From assembly GCA_902768335.1 (NCBI GenBank), contig CACXKR010000004.1, positions 1 to 53,068 of the forward strand: a stretch of DNA of 53,068 bases, written 5' to 3'. The position numbers were made by a program, and so were the translations under genes. The notes beneath the pieces were generated by a model. It ran no database searches, had not been told where the DNA came from, and worked only from the letters and a program-made list of their open reading frames with translations. This document shows positions 1 through 9,226 of the stretch, piece after piece (position 1 is the first letter of the stretch; every line of letters starts with the position of its first letter). The DNA is from an uncultured Erysipelotrichaceae bacterium (GTDB lineage Bacteria > Bacillota_I > Bacilli_A > RFN20 > CAG-826).

Positions 1-411
1 GTGATATAAAACCATATTTTGAAGGATTAGAACAAGTTATAGGCCTTATAAAAGAAAAAGAACAAACCAACTTATCTACTTTGCATACAGATCAAGGCTC
101 GGTTTATTCTTCTGAAGCCTTTAATAAGCTTCTAACTAATAATAACATTATTCATTCAATGTCTCGAGCAGGAACTCCGACAGACAATCCGATAGATGAA
201 TCTTTGAATGGATGGATCAAAGAAGAACTATTCATCGATTTTAATTTGAAGAAATGTGATGATGTTTTATCTTTGATAAAGAATTACATCAATTATTACA
301 ATCATGAGCGTCCTATGTATTGTCTCAAATACAAAACCCCACATCAGTATAAGACTGACATGGGGTATTGAGTCTCTTTTTGAACTGTCTACTTTTCATT
401 GAAACCTTACA
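1..411 (+). mobile_element. Right end of an IS3-family (IS150/IS3-like) insertion sequence, truncated by the window start
   Basis: Transposase C-terminus followed 12 bp later by AACTGTCTACTTTTCATTGAAACCTTACA (383-411), which ends in CA and resembles IS3-family right inverted repeats. Confidence 0.75.
3..371 (+). CDS. IS3-family transposase OrfB, integrase core (5' partial)
   Basis: Frame open from base 3. Motifs LHTDQGSVY, SMSRAGTPTDNPIDES, YINYYNHERP and LKYKTP are typical of IS3 DDE transposases. Confidence 0.92.
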   Translation, partial: DIKPYFEGLEQVIGLIKEKEQTNLSTLHTDQGSVYSSEAFNKLLTNNNIIHSMSRAGTPTDNPIDESLNGWIKEELFIDFNLKKCDDVLSLIKNYINYYNHERPMYCLKYKTPHQYKTDMGY

Positions 412-491
412 ACATTGAGAGTGTAAAAACTCGGTTTTTTCTTATTCGCGAAGTCTAAGTTGTATGCATTATTGAGCTTGTTTGATTTTCA

Positions 492-1283
492 CTAACGCTT
501 TCTTTTTGATACAGCTTTATATATTGAAGTTTCCGCTAGATAAGTTAAGAAAATCATTAAAACGATAAGCGATAAAAATCCTATTAGAAAGACAGGGTAT
601 CCTGCTTTTTCTTGTACAACATTACCAATAAGTATATTGGTGATGATCATTGGATTGATAAAGAACATATTAATAAAGTGTGGATGGAACGCTAAGTTGA
701 TAAGAATAGCGATGACCACAGTTATAGCGAAGGCGATAAGACTTCTATAGAACGTTTTAATAGTGATGCTTTTTCTATTCCAAACAAAGATGAAAACACC
801 CAGTATTATTAATGAACCATGATGGATGAATGTTTGAATATTAATATAGATTAATGAGGATGTTACCATCTTTGTATAAATACAAACAACAATACCTGTC
901 ATTAAACAAATAAAACTCATGTAGCCAATCGCTGCATCTACGATCTTTGGATGTTTTTCTTTATCAAAGAACAAAATGATAGGGATAAAGTAATAAACCA
1001 TTGAGCACATCTGGAATGGGAAATCTCTATAGCTATATTCCCAATAAGGTGATGACTCATCATAATGATACGCTTTAATTAATTGTTTAAAGATTTCTAA
1101 TACAATTAGAACAATCCAAAAGATAAATAGAATCCTTTTATATACCTTTTCTTCGCTGTTTTTAAAGAAAAGAGGAACTAATATTGCACCGGCAATAATT
1201 GGAATAAGCGCAAAAAAGTGGAACCAGGAAATAACTTCTGGCTCGTCCATTGTACCTTGAAGAAAATGTATGAAGTCTTCCAC
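492..1283 (-). CDS. YwaF/TMEM164-like integral membrane protein (putative lipid acyltransferase)
   Basis: About 7 TM segments; SWFH near the N-terminus, DFPFQMCS (LPLxxC-like) and FIHHG motifs. Confidence 0.7.
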   Translation of the reverse strand: MEDFIHFLQGTMDEPEVISWFHFFALIPIIAGAILVPLFFKNSEEKVYKRILFIFWIVLIVLEIFKQLIKAYHYDESSPYWEYSYRDFPFQMCSMVYYFIPIILFFDKEKHPKIVDAAIGYMSFICLMTGIVVCIYTKMVTSSLIYINIQTFIHHGSLIILGVFIFVWNRKSITIKTFYRSLIAFAITVVIAILINLAFHPHFINMFFINPMIITNILIGNVVQEKAGYPVFLIGFLSLIVLMIFLTYLAETSIYKAVSKRKR

Positions 1284-1292
1284 TTTATCTAA

Positions 1293-1323
1293 ATTTTATT
1301 ATACAAAATGTTTATAATAAAAT
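1293..1323. promoter_or_regulatory. Palindromic divergent promoter with back-to-back TATAAT boxes
   Basis: Perfect 11-bp inverted repeat ATTTTATTATA-N9-TATAATAAAAT in a 51-bp divergent intergenic gap. Confidence 0.6.
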
Positions 1324-1334
1324 AGAAACAAGTT

Positions 1335-2258
1335 ATGAAAGAAAAACCAATTGTTAATGCTAGAAGAATTAATAAGATGCGTTTTATCTCAGGCATCATT
1401 ATTTGTTCATTAGTGATAGTGCTGACTTTTGTCGCAGTTGCTTTAAGCCTTACAGACTTTTTTGAAACTGGTAGTTCGGAAGCGGGTGTGGGTACTTTAA
1501 AGATGTTTACTACTCTTTCTAATATTGTTGCGGCCTTTTCCGCAGCGATGTGTCTTCCTTTCCAAATTGATGGATTAAGAAGAGATAGATATAGATTACC
1601 TTCTTGGATTGTCGTGGTAATGTATGTTGGTACAGTTGGAGTATTCTTAACGTTTTTCTCTGCAATAACCATTATTTCTATATATCAAGGCTTTGTTAAA
1701 ACCATGCTTTCTAAATCAAGCCTATTCTTACATACAATTAATCCAATATTGATTACCATCTTATTTGTTTTAATTATTTCTGATACACGTATCAAATTTT
1801 CATATTCATTTATTTCAATGATTCCTATCGTTATATATATGATTGTTTATTTCATCATGGTCTTTGTTATTAAAGTATGGAAGGATCATTATCACACCAA
1901 TTCTTTTATGCCTTGGCCTCTTTCTTTGTTGCTAATGATGTCTATTAGCTTTGGTGTTACTCAACTTATAAGATTCTTGCATAATTTAACAAATAAGCAT
2001 GTTGGTAAGAGCATTGAAAGATATTATATGGAATCACCTGATTTCGAATATCCAATTATTGGCACTGCAGTTGCCCATTTAGCGGAATTAGAATCTAAGT
2101 TCTATTATGAAGGTGATGATGTCTATATTCCTGTTGATATTATTGATCTACTTTCTAAAAGATATAACGCTAGCGAGTTACCGGTTGATGTTCTTTATGA
2201 TATCTATCTAGAGAACTACTTAATAAATATTGGCAAAAAAACTAAAGTAAGTATTTGA
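1335..2258 (+). CDS. Pr6Pr/AIG1-like membrane protein with an unknown acidic C-terminal soluble domain
   Basis: About 6 TM segments; FTTLSN and FLHTINP motifs; roughly 85-aa soluble tail. Confidence 0.65.
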   Translation: MKEKPIVNARRINKMRFISGIIICSLVIVLTFVAVALSLTDFFETGSSEAGVGTLKMFTTLSNIVAAFSAAMCLPFQIDGLRRDRYRLPSWIVVVMYVGTVGVFLTFFSAITIISIYQGFVKTMLSKSSLFLHTINPILITILFVLIISDTRIKFSYSFISMIPIVIYMIVYFIMVFVIKVWKDHYHTNSFMPWPLSLLLMMSISFGVTQLIRFLHNLTNKHVGKSIERYYMESPDFEYPIIGTAVAHLAELESKFYYEGDDVYIPVDIIDLLSKRYNASELPVDVLYDIYLENYLINIGKKTKVSI

Positions 2259-2291
2259 TTTACTGCATATAAAACGCTAAAATATATGCAG
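2255..2291 (+). promoter_or_regulatory. Sigma70-type promoter of the fic gene overlapped by an inverted repeat
   Basis: TTGATT(2255)-N17-TAAAAT(2278); CTGCATATA(2263-2271)/TATATGCAG(2283-2291). Confidence 0.55.
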
Positions 2292-2307
2292 AAAGTGAAT
2301 TATTGTT

Positions 2308-3363
2308 ATGCATAAATATACTTACGAATTTTTAAAAGATAAAACAATTACTTCTGATCTCTTTTCATTATCAAATATTATTACTGATTTAAAAAGCAAA
2401 ACAGATGAAAAAAAGGATTCAAACAAATCGCTTTTTTCCAAACTAGAAACAATTGCTATTAAAGAATCTGTTGAAGGCAGCAATGCTATCGAAGGTATTT
2501 TTACGACTGAGCAAAGAATCAAGGAGATTATTGAAAATAATAGTGAACCATTAACTCATAATGAAGAAGAGATTGCTGGTTACCATGATGCGATTAAATT
2601 TGTAAAAGAGAATTATGAGCATCTTTCCTTTGATGAAGAGACAATTAAAAGAATACACGCCATGCTTGTTTCTAGACATATCGGATACGATAAAGGCGGA
2701 CAATATAAAACTAGTGACAATGTAATTGCTGAAAAAAATGCGGATGGAACAATTAAACGCGTTATTTTTGTTCCATTAAAAGCAAGTGAAACTGAAAAGG
2801 CGATGAGCGATTTGTGCTTGGCTTATCAGGTTTATAGAGACGATTATGATATTCCTGCACTTTTATTAATCCCGTGTGTAATAGTGGATTTCCTTTCCAT
2901 CCACCCATTCAGCGATGGTAATGGTCGTGTTTCTAGGCTCTTAACGTTATTGCTTCTTTATAAAGAAGGTTACGATATCGGCAAATATATATCATTTGAA
3001 AACCAAATCAATAAGTACAAGAGCAACTATTATGATGCATTAGAAAGAAGCCAAGAACATTGGCATGAATCTAAAAACACATATTATCCATTCATAGAAT
3101 TCACATTCCAAATTCTTTATCAATGTTACAAAGAGATTAATAGAAGATTTATTAAAACCAAAAGCGGAAAAGATAAAAAGAACGAGCGAATTGAGGTTGT
3201 GGTTTTAGATAGCATAGTTCCAATTTCTAAAGCCGATATTCAAGAGTTACTACCTGATGTTTCTGTGACAACAATTGAGGCTGTTTTAGCAAAACTAATC
3301 AAAGAAAACAAAATATATAAAATTGGAACTTTTAAAAATGCTAAATATCTAAAAATTAAATAA
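2308..3363 (+). CDS. Fic family protein (class II-like) with C-terminal winged HTH
   Basis: HPFSDGNGRVSR Fic motif; N-terminal SNAIEG inhibitory motif; C-terminal ISKADIQELLPDVSVTTIEAVLAKLIKE looks like a wHTH. Confidence 0.92.
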   Translation: MHKYTYEFLKDKTITSDLFSLSNIITDLKSKTDEKKDSNKSLFSKLETIAIKESVEGSNAIEGIFTTEQRIKEIIENNSEPLTHNEEEIAGYHDAIKFVKENYEHLSFDEETIKRIHAMLVSRHIGYDKGGQYKTSDNVIAEKNADGTIKRVIFVPLKASETEKAMSDLCLAYQVYRDDYDIPALLLIPCVIVDFLSIHPFSDGNGRVSRLLTLLLLYKEGYDIGKYISFENQINKYKSNYYDALERSQEHWHESKNTYYPFIEFTFQILYQCYKEINRRFIKTKSGKDKKNERIEVVVLDSIVPISKADIQELLPDVSVTTIEAVLAKLIKENKIYKIGTFKNAKYLKIK

Positions 3364-3436
3364 GAATACACCTCTACTATTAGTTGGTTTTGTTTCTCCC
3401 TGGGCAACTCAATTAGCAGAAGCTTCTTTTTCTTAT

Positions 3437-5113
3437 TTAAAAATGAGCTTTTGAAACGATTGCTCTTATCTTGTTAGAATCAAATTTAACAACTTCACGA
3501 TCAAAAGTGGTGAAACCATTTAGTTCATCCTCGACATCACTTAGTTGGGTATAGATACTTGCCGCTAATCCAAGCGGGATATTTTCTAGCACATCACGAT
3601 TGAACGATTTTTCAAAATTCACCGTCCAATCCTGGATATTTTCAAAAGATTTATATGTTTTCTTGCCTTCCATCATGTGACCTTCTATTGGGAATAGATA
3701 GCCACCAAATTCGGAAAGGATAACCGCTCGATCTTTGATGGATTTTGCTTTTGGCATTTTTACTTTTTTGAAATAAACATGGAGCGACTTAACATCACTT
3801 ACGCCTTGGTCATGCCATCCAGAAGCGTGATCATATAATCTTGTAGGATCTAATTTTGAAACGGTTTCATATATTTCTTTTGAATCAAATTGCCCCCATC
3901 CTTCATTAAAGATAGTCCATAAGACAATTGATGGAACGTTATATAAATAATTGATCGTTTCTTTGAATTCTTGTTTAGCAAATTCTCGACCAAATTCATC
4001 TTCTCGAGCAAACTTTTTATAATTTGTATCTTTATGATGTTTGCCAGTTATTAACGGAAAGGCGATGGTGGGGAATTTATATTGTCCGCCACCATTGATA
4101 AAGTCTTGCCACACCAATACGCCACGCTTATCACACTCATAATACCAACGCGGCATTTCAATTTTGATGTGTTTACGAATAGTATTAAAACCAAGAGATT
4201 TTACTAGTTCTATATCCTTAATATATTCCTCATAAGAGTCTGGAGTATATAATCCGTTTTTATAATAACCTTGATCTAGAACTCCATTCATAAAATATGG
4301 TTTGTTATTTAACGCGAGCACTAAATGATTATTATGCACAACTTTCGAAACTTTGCGCATCGCAAAATATGATTCAACTTTATCTCCTTTAGTTTCCAAA
4401 GTGAGTGGGTATAAATATGGGTCTTCAGGAGACCATAATTTTAGGTTATCTATTTTAACTATTTCTTCTTTGTTAGAACATATTTCGTAATTCTTATTAT
4501 CTAAAGTGATTTTTACTTTATTTGAATTCGAAGTCACTATTAATTTGATTTCACTTTTGTCGATGTCTGGAGTAATTTTTATATCTTTGATATAATCTTC
4601 ACTAACCGATTCTAAGAATACTGGAAAATAAATGCCGCTTTGAGGAGTGTACCAAATGCCTCCTCTTTTGATTTTTTGTTTACCCCTTGAAAGAGGACTT
4701 AAATCGGTTTCGTCTTTAACTCTTACAACCAATTCATTTTCCTCTTTGAGCAAATCTTTTATTTCAAATTCAAAAGGTAGATAGCCACCGATATGATTTC
4801 CTAAATATTCTCCGTTTAAATAAACATCAGCGATTTGATCAACCGCTAAGAAGTGGAGAAGAACTTTATCTTTTATAAAGGATTTATCTATTTTGAAATT
4901 TAAACGATAAAAAAGATAATCGTCTGGTTCGACTTTTTTATTGACTCCACTAGCTTTGGTTTCCGGAGAAAAAGGAACTAAAATCTTTCCTTCATAAACT
5001 TCTGGAATCTCTTCACTTTTTTGAATCTTATAATCCCAATAACCGTTTAAAGATATATAACTATCTCTTTTCAGTTGTGGACGAGGATATTCACTTAGTG
5101 GTTTCTTTTCCAT
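3437..5113 (-). CDS. Glycoside hydrolase family 2
   Basis: EYPRPQL, LNGYWDY, HIGGYLPF, LDQGYY, RKHIK, acid/base FNEGWGQ and nucleophile LSEFGG; no signal peptide. Confidence 0.9.
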   Translation of the reverse strand: MEKKPLSEYPRPQLKRDSYISLNGYWDYKIQKSEEIPEVYEGKILVPFSPETKASGVNKKVEPDDYLFYRLNFKIDKSFIKDKVLLHFLAVDQIADVYLNGEYLGNHIGGYLPFEFEIKDLLKEENELVVRVKDETDLSPLSRGKQKIKRGGIWYTPQSGIYFPVFLESVSEDYIKDIKITPDIDKSEIKLIVTSNSNKVKITLDNKNYEICSNKEEIVKIDNLKLWSPEDPYLYPLTLETKGDKVESYFAMRKVSKVVHNNHLVLALNNKPYFMNGVLDQGYYKNGLYTPDSYEEYIKDIELVKSLGFNTIRKHIKIEMPRWYYECDKRGVLVWQDFINGGGQYKFPTIAFPLITGKHHKDTNYKKFAREDEFGREFAKQEFKETINYLYNVPSIVLWTIFNEGWGQFDSKEIYETVSKLDPTRLYDHASGWHDQGVSDVKSLHVYFKKVKMPKAKSIKDRAVILSEFGGYLFPIEGHMMEGKKTYKSFENIQDWTVNFEKSFNRDVLENIPLGLAASIYTQLSDVEDELNGFTTFDREVVKFDSNKIRAIVSKAHF

Positions 5114-6398
5114 TTGCTTTTTCTTTCTTCATTACAAATAAAGTAGGGATAACCGCTAGAGCTATAACGATTCCCGCGAACAAAAAGATGAATGCGTTTG
5201 GTTGAACAACAACGTTTCCAAATTCATTAACGTATTCGACTTTGTTGATATATGAAACACCTTGTCCAATGTATGGACCGGTGACCATTGGAATCATAAC
5301 CAAGAAGATCATTCTAACACCTTGGAATAAACCAACTTCTTTAGTAGGAGTGTAATCTCTTACCTTCGCTCCAAGGACAGCGGTGCCAATCATATAACCG
5401 CTCATCAGCACAGTACCAGCAAGCATAACTCCAAGCTGATTATTTACAAAAAACATGGCAATTCCCCCACAAACGGTGACTCCGATCGCAGGAATCATAA
5501 TCCTATTCTTGCCAATTTTATCCATGAATAATCCGAAGACAACAGTGATAATAGAGGCGACGATAAGGACAACACCTAAGGTAATTGTGAAATTAAAATC
5601 TTTAATCTCTAACACCTGCTGAATATACACCATTAAGTAAGGCATAAAGACTTGAATACCAATTGAGAATAAGGCAAAGGTAATAAGCACTAAATAAAGA
5701 ATTGGATTGGCCTTAACAACTGATGGTCTAAATCCATAGAAAATATTTTTGACATAGGGTTCTTCTTTGTTTGGCTCAATCTTGTCTTTTGGAAGAAGGA
5801 AGATAGAGGCGACACCAACAACAGAAGTTAATCCACCAATAATATAGAAGAATAAACTCCAATTAGTGGCATAACCATCTTTTGGAAAAGCCCCAGCTAG
5901 ACCAACAACTGCAATCATAGAAATTAGAGGAAGCACCGAAAGAACACTTTCGACTTTTCCGCGGTTTGTTGTATCGGTATTATCGGTGACAAACGCATTA
6001 AATGAAGCATCGTTAGCGGTGCTACCAAAGAAGGTCATGACGCAGTCCATGATGACAATTAATGTTCCAGACGCCATTACGCTTCCAGCAACGATATTAA
6101 AACTTGATTTAGGATCTAAGAAAGCGAAGAGAATAATTGATATTCCCCATAAAATATATCCAAAGGATATAAAAGCTTTTCTTTTTCCTAATCTATCAGA
6201 TAAGGCACCCATAAGTAAGGTGGTGATAGTTGCCGCTACGGCACTAGCCGCGGTCATGATTGGAATAAAAATATATTCTTTCGTGCAATCAAAAACATAG
6301 AGATTAAAATAATTGTTTTCAATTGCCCAAGCTAATTGACCAACAAATCCAGCAATAATAAATGATAGCCATTTTCTGATTCCAAGTTTTGTAGACAT
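5091..6398 (-). CDS. MFS sugar transporter
   Basis: About 12 TM segments; MFS motif GALSDRLGKRK and its repeat GLFMDKIGK; overlaps the GH2 start. Confidence 0.9.
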   Translation of the reverse strand: MSTKLGIRKWLSFIIAGFVGQLAWAIENNYFNLYVFDCTKEYIFIPIMTAASAVAATITTLLMGALSDRLGKRKAFISFGYILWGISIILFAFLDPKSSFNIVAGSVMASGTLIVIMDCVMTFFGSTANDASFNAFVTDNTDTTNRGKVESVLSVLPLISMIAVVGLAGAFPKDGYATNWSLFFYIIGGLTSVVGVASIFLLPKDKIEPNKEEPYVKNIFYGFRPSVVKANPILYLVLITFALFSIGIQVFMPYLMVYIQQVLEIKDFNFTITLGVVLIVASIITVVFGLFMDKIGKNRIMIPAIGVTVCGGIAMFFVNNQLGVMLAGTVLMSGYMIGTAVLGAKVRDYTPTKEVGLFQGVRMIFLVMIPMVTGPYIGQGVSYINKVEYVNEFGNVVVQPNAFIFLFAGIVIALAVIPTLFVMKKEKANGKETTK

Positions 6399-6444
6399 AT
6401 TAAATACCTCTATAGATATAATAATCCTTTATAAAGGAATTGGC

Positions 6445-7758
6445 TTAGATAAACAAATTTAGCACTGCTAAAATTACAGTCAAAACTGGAAGAGAAATAA
6501 TTGCGCCATATTTAATAAAATCTATAAATCGAAAACGTATTCCGTTTTTGCTAACAAGGCTTGAAAACATAATGCCCGCCAAAGCTCCGATCGGAGTTAA
6601 GAAAGCACCAATATTGCTTCCAATGATTGAAGCATATATACCTTTAAGATAAACAGTTTCATTTAATGAATTTGCTAAATTTGAGAATAAAATACTCATT
6701 GGAATATTGTTAATTAAATTGCTGGCAAAGAATGAAGAATAACCATAAACCCAAATAGTGTGATTTGAACCCAAGAAATCTCCTAAAAATTTGCTTATTC
6801 CCTGATTGTTTAATGCCACAACGATAACAAACATTGATAAGAAGAATGGAATTAATTGGTAAGGAAGTCTTTTTGCAGTTTCTTTAACATGCACGAAATT
6901 GCGATGTCTAAATATTGAATATATAAGCATGAATGTAGCAAGAGCGCCTGCACACACAAGCGATATTAGCCACATTTCAAAATGTAGATAACTTGAAAAA
7001 ACTAGGAAGACTAGGCAAACAATTAGAACGAGTAATCCAACGAAGACAGGTACCTTATCATCGAGATGGTAAATAAGCTCGTTGCACTGCAAACGTTGTT
7101 TTAAAGATTTGTTAAAAATAAGGAACAATAATCCTAATTCAACTATTCCTCCAACAATCGTTGGAATAGCCATTACTTTAAAATATGAAATAAAATCTAT
7201 TCCACTAGATGATGCTAAATAAATATTGGTAGGATTACCGATTAATAGCATCAAACTCCACGTATTCGCAGCGACAAATTCTGCCACTAAATATGGGACA
7301 GGATTGATCTTGCTTCTTTTCGCGAAGAAACATATAAATGGAGTGAGCGTTAAAATAACAACATCATTAGATGTAAAGATGGTGAGAATAGATGTTAATA
7401 AATAAAGTAATAAAAATAGAACATATTGATTTTCTTTAGCTTTGCTACTTGCGACGCTTGCTAAAAAGTGGAAAAAGCCTAACTCATCAAGAATCACCGA
7501 TATTGTGGTCATTGAGAAAAACAAAATCAAAATCTTAATTGGATTTATTGCGCCATCACTTATCAACTGATTTCCAACGTCTTTAATAGGAGCGAAACCA
7601 AACGCTAATAAAACGACTGCTCCAACAAGAGCAATCATCCAATATGTGTCTAATTTAATCTTCTTAAAATGAATACGAGGAAAGAAAAGAATTGATGCTA
7701 TTACACCCGCAAATGTTATTGAAGCAATAATGATAGTAGCAATCATGATGAGCCACAA
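6445..7758 (-). CDS. ArsB/NhaD/SLC13-family ion transporter
   Basis: FTSNDVVILTLTP, LLIGNPTN, NLINNIPM and NIGAFLTPIGALAG motifs; TTG start with GAAAGGA SD. Confidence 0.85.
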   Translation of the reverse strand: MWLIMIATIIIASITFAGVIASILFFPRIHFKKIKLDTYWMIALVGAVVLLAFGFAPIKDVGNQLISDGAINPIKILILFFSMTTISVILDELGFFHFLASVASSKAKENQYVLFLLLYLLTSILTIFTSNDVVILTLTPFICFFAKRSKINPVPYLVAEFVAANTWSLMLLIGNPTNIYLASSSGIDFISYFKVMAIPTIVGGIVELGLLFLIFNKSLKQRLQCNELIYHLDDKVPVFVGLLVLIVCLVFLVFSSYLHFEMWLISLVCAGALATFMLIYSIFRHRNFVHVKETAKRLPYQLIPFFLSMFVIVVALNNQGISKFLGDFLGSNHTIWVYGYSSFFASNLINNIPMSILFSNLANSLNETVYLKGIYASIIGSNIGAFLTPIGALAGIMFSSLVSKNGIRFRFIDFIKYGAIISLPVLTVILAVLNLFI

Positions 7759-7873
7759 TTATCATCCTTTCGATTTCAAAATTCAATACATGTTATACAA
7801 AGTATAAGTAAATAGACTATTTCTATAGAACACTTATATTTGATAAAATATAGATACAAAGGAGACTTTTTAA

Positions 7874-8509
7874 ATGAATAAAAAGCTTTTGGCCACGCTG
7901 ATTATTCCTCTTTTAGGCATGACAGCTTGTGGCGGTAATGACTTCAAAGAAGTCAAATTCTTTTCTGCAGCTGGTTTCGCACCAGTAACTGAGAAAGGAT
8001 ATGTTAAGAGTTGCAAGATGGTCGCAACCTATTTAGTTAGTGCTGAGGATCTTGAGTATCTCACCACTAACAACTATGTTGGATTCCCGAGTTCATTCGC
8101 AATTTATTTCGAATTCGACAAAATTCCTGGTTCTGATAAAGCCGCTTTTGAGGCTCCAAAGAATGTTCGTATCCACAACACTGGTCGTGTAATGGAACTC
8201 CAAGAAAATAGCAAAGCTGTTTTCGAAAGTTATACCGAAGTTGGTTACAACGAAGGAAAGAGAACTGCTAAGTTCACAGTTCACGAAGATAAGGTGGCGG
8301 AGGGCTCACATGGTTCATATTCCACCGCATACAAAGCGGATTACAATTATGTGGATTATACCTTAACCATTTCCATTCCAGCAGGTTCTGATTTACCAGC
8401 AACAAAATGGACAGTATCTCTTCCACAACACAAATTTGAAGAAAAGCAATATGAAAGATATGTCACCTATGGTGAAGATACACAAGTTTCATATGCTTTT
8501 AAGGATTAA
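7874..8509 (+). CDS. Orphan lipoprotein (paralog of 8524-9132)
   Basis: AAGGAG SD; lipobox MTA-C19. Confidence 0.85.
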   Translation: MNKKLLATLIIPLLGMTACGGNDFKEVKFFSAAGFAPVTEKGYVKSCKMVATYLVSAEDLEYLTTNNYVGFPSSFAIYFEFDKIPGSDKAAFEAPKNVRIHNTGRVMELQENSKAVFESYTEVGYNEGKRTAKFTVHEDKVAEGSHGSYSTAYKADYNYVDYTLTISIPAGSDLPATKWTVSLPQHKFEEKQYERYVTYGEDTQVSYAFKD

Positions 8510-8523
8510 TGGAGGAATAAAAC

Positions 8524-9132
8524 ATGAATAAAAAATTATTAGCACTTCTTGTCCTTCCATTAGTTGGAATGACCGCTTGTAGCGGAAACAAATTTAAAGA
8601 AGTCAATTATCTCAAAGTTAACAATGCTGTTCTTGTTGCAGAAAAAGGATTAGCAAAGGTTGTCTACGAACTTGGCACTTATGAATTTGACGAAGCAGAT
8701 CTAGCAACCATTAGAGGTTGGTATGTTAACTTCCCAGCAAGCTTCAACGTTTACTATTCACATAGCGAAGATCCAAATGTTGATAAAGCTCCATTTGAAA
8801 TGCCAACACAAATCGTTAGAATGGGTTTTACCTTAAAACTTAATGAAGCCTCTAAAACAGTTTATGAAACTTCTGGCGAAGTGTTCTTTGACGAAGGATC
8901 AAGAACCATGAAATCAGTAATTAGTGAAGAAAAACTAGTTTCAGGTTCATTAACATCTGCATATTACAGTGGAACTAACCTTAATATCGAAGTAGGTGCT
9001 GGCCCAATCGAATATCCAACCAGTAACTATAAACTTAAGGGTGACTATGTTGTTCGTGAATTCGCAGAAAAGAATTATGAAAGATATACCACATTAGGTA
9101 AATCTGACACTGTCGTTGTTGCATACAAATAA
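8524..9132 (+). CDS. Orphan lipoprotein (paralog of 7874-8509)
   Basis: GGAGG SD; lipobox MTA-C19; shares FKEV, FPxSF, DKAxFExP and EKxYERY with the upstream gene. Confidence 0.85.
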   Translation: MNKKLLALLVLPLVGMTACSGNKFKEVNYLKVNNAVLVAEKGLAKVVYELGTYEFDEADLATIRGWYVNFPASFNVYYSHSEDPNVDKAPFEMPTQIVRMGFTLKLNEASKTVYETSGEVFFDEGSRTMKSVISEEKLVSGSLTSAYYSGTNLNIEVGAGPIEYPTSNYKLKGDYVVREFAEKNYERYTTLGKSDTVVVAYK

Positions 9133-9148
9133 TTAATTTTAATTAATT

Positions 9149-9182
9149 AGGGCGAGCCGAATAAAGGTTCGCCTTTCTTTTA
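9149..9182 (+). terminator. Rho-independent terminator
   Basis: AGGGCGAGCC/GGTTCGCCTT stem followed by a T-rich tract. Confidence 0.75.
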
Positions 9183-9226
9183 AAAGAAATTTATTTAAAA
9201 TATTCACTAGAAAGAAGGAGAAAAAC

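Noticed and set aside
1289-1672. 127-aa minus-strand ORF, and the other short antisense or alternate-frame ORFs in the track (e.g. 5986-6300, 13421-13726, 22776-23114, 27631-28029, 30243-30566, 51916-52221)
   Set aside because: Shadows of well-supported genes, with no SD, motifs or independent evidence.
3364-3436. Intergenic stretch translating as NTPLLLVGFVSPWATQLAEASFFLF, like a membrane-protein remnant
   Set aside because: Too short to assign, with no start codon or recognisable family; could be chance.
6445-7758. Arsenic resistance operon
   Set aside because: No arsR or arsC nearby; the family includes many anion and carboxylate transporters.
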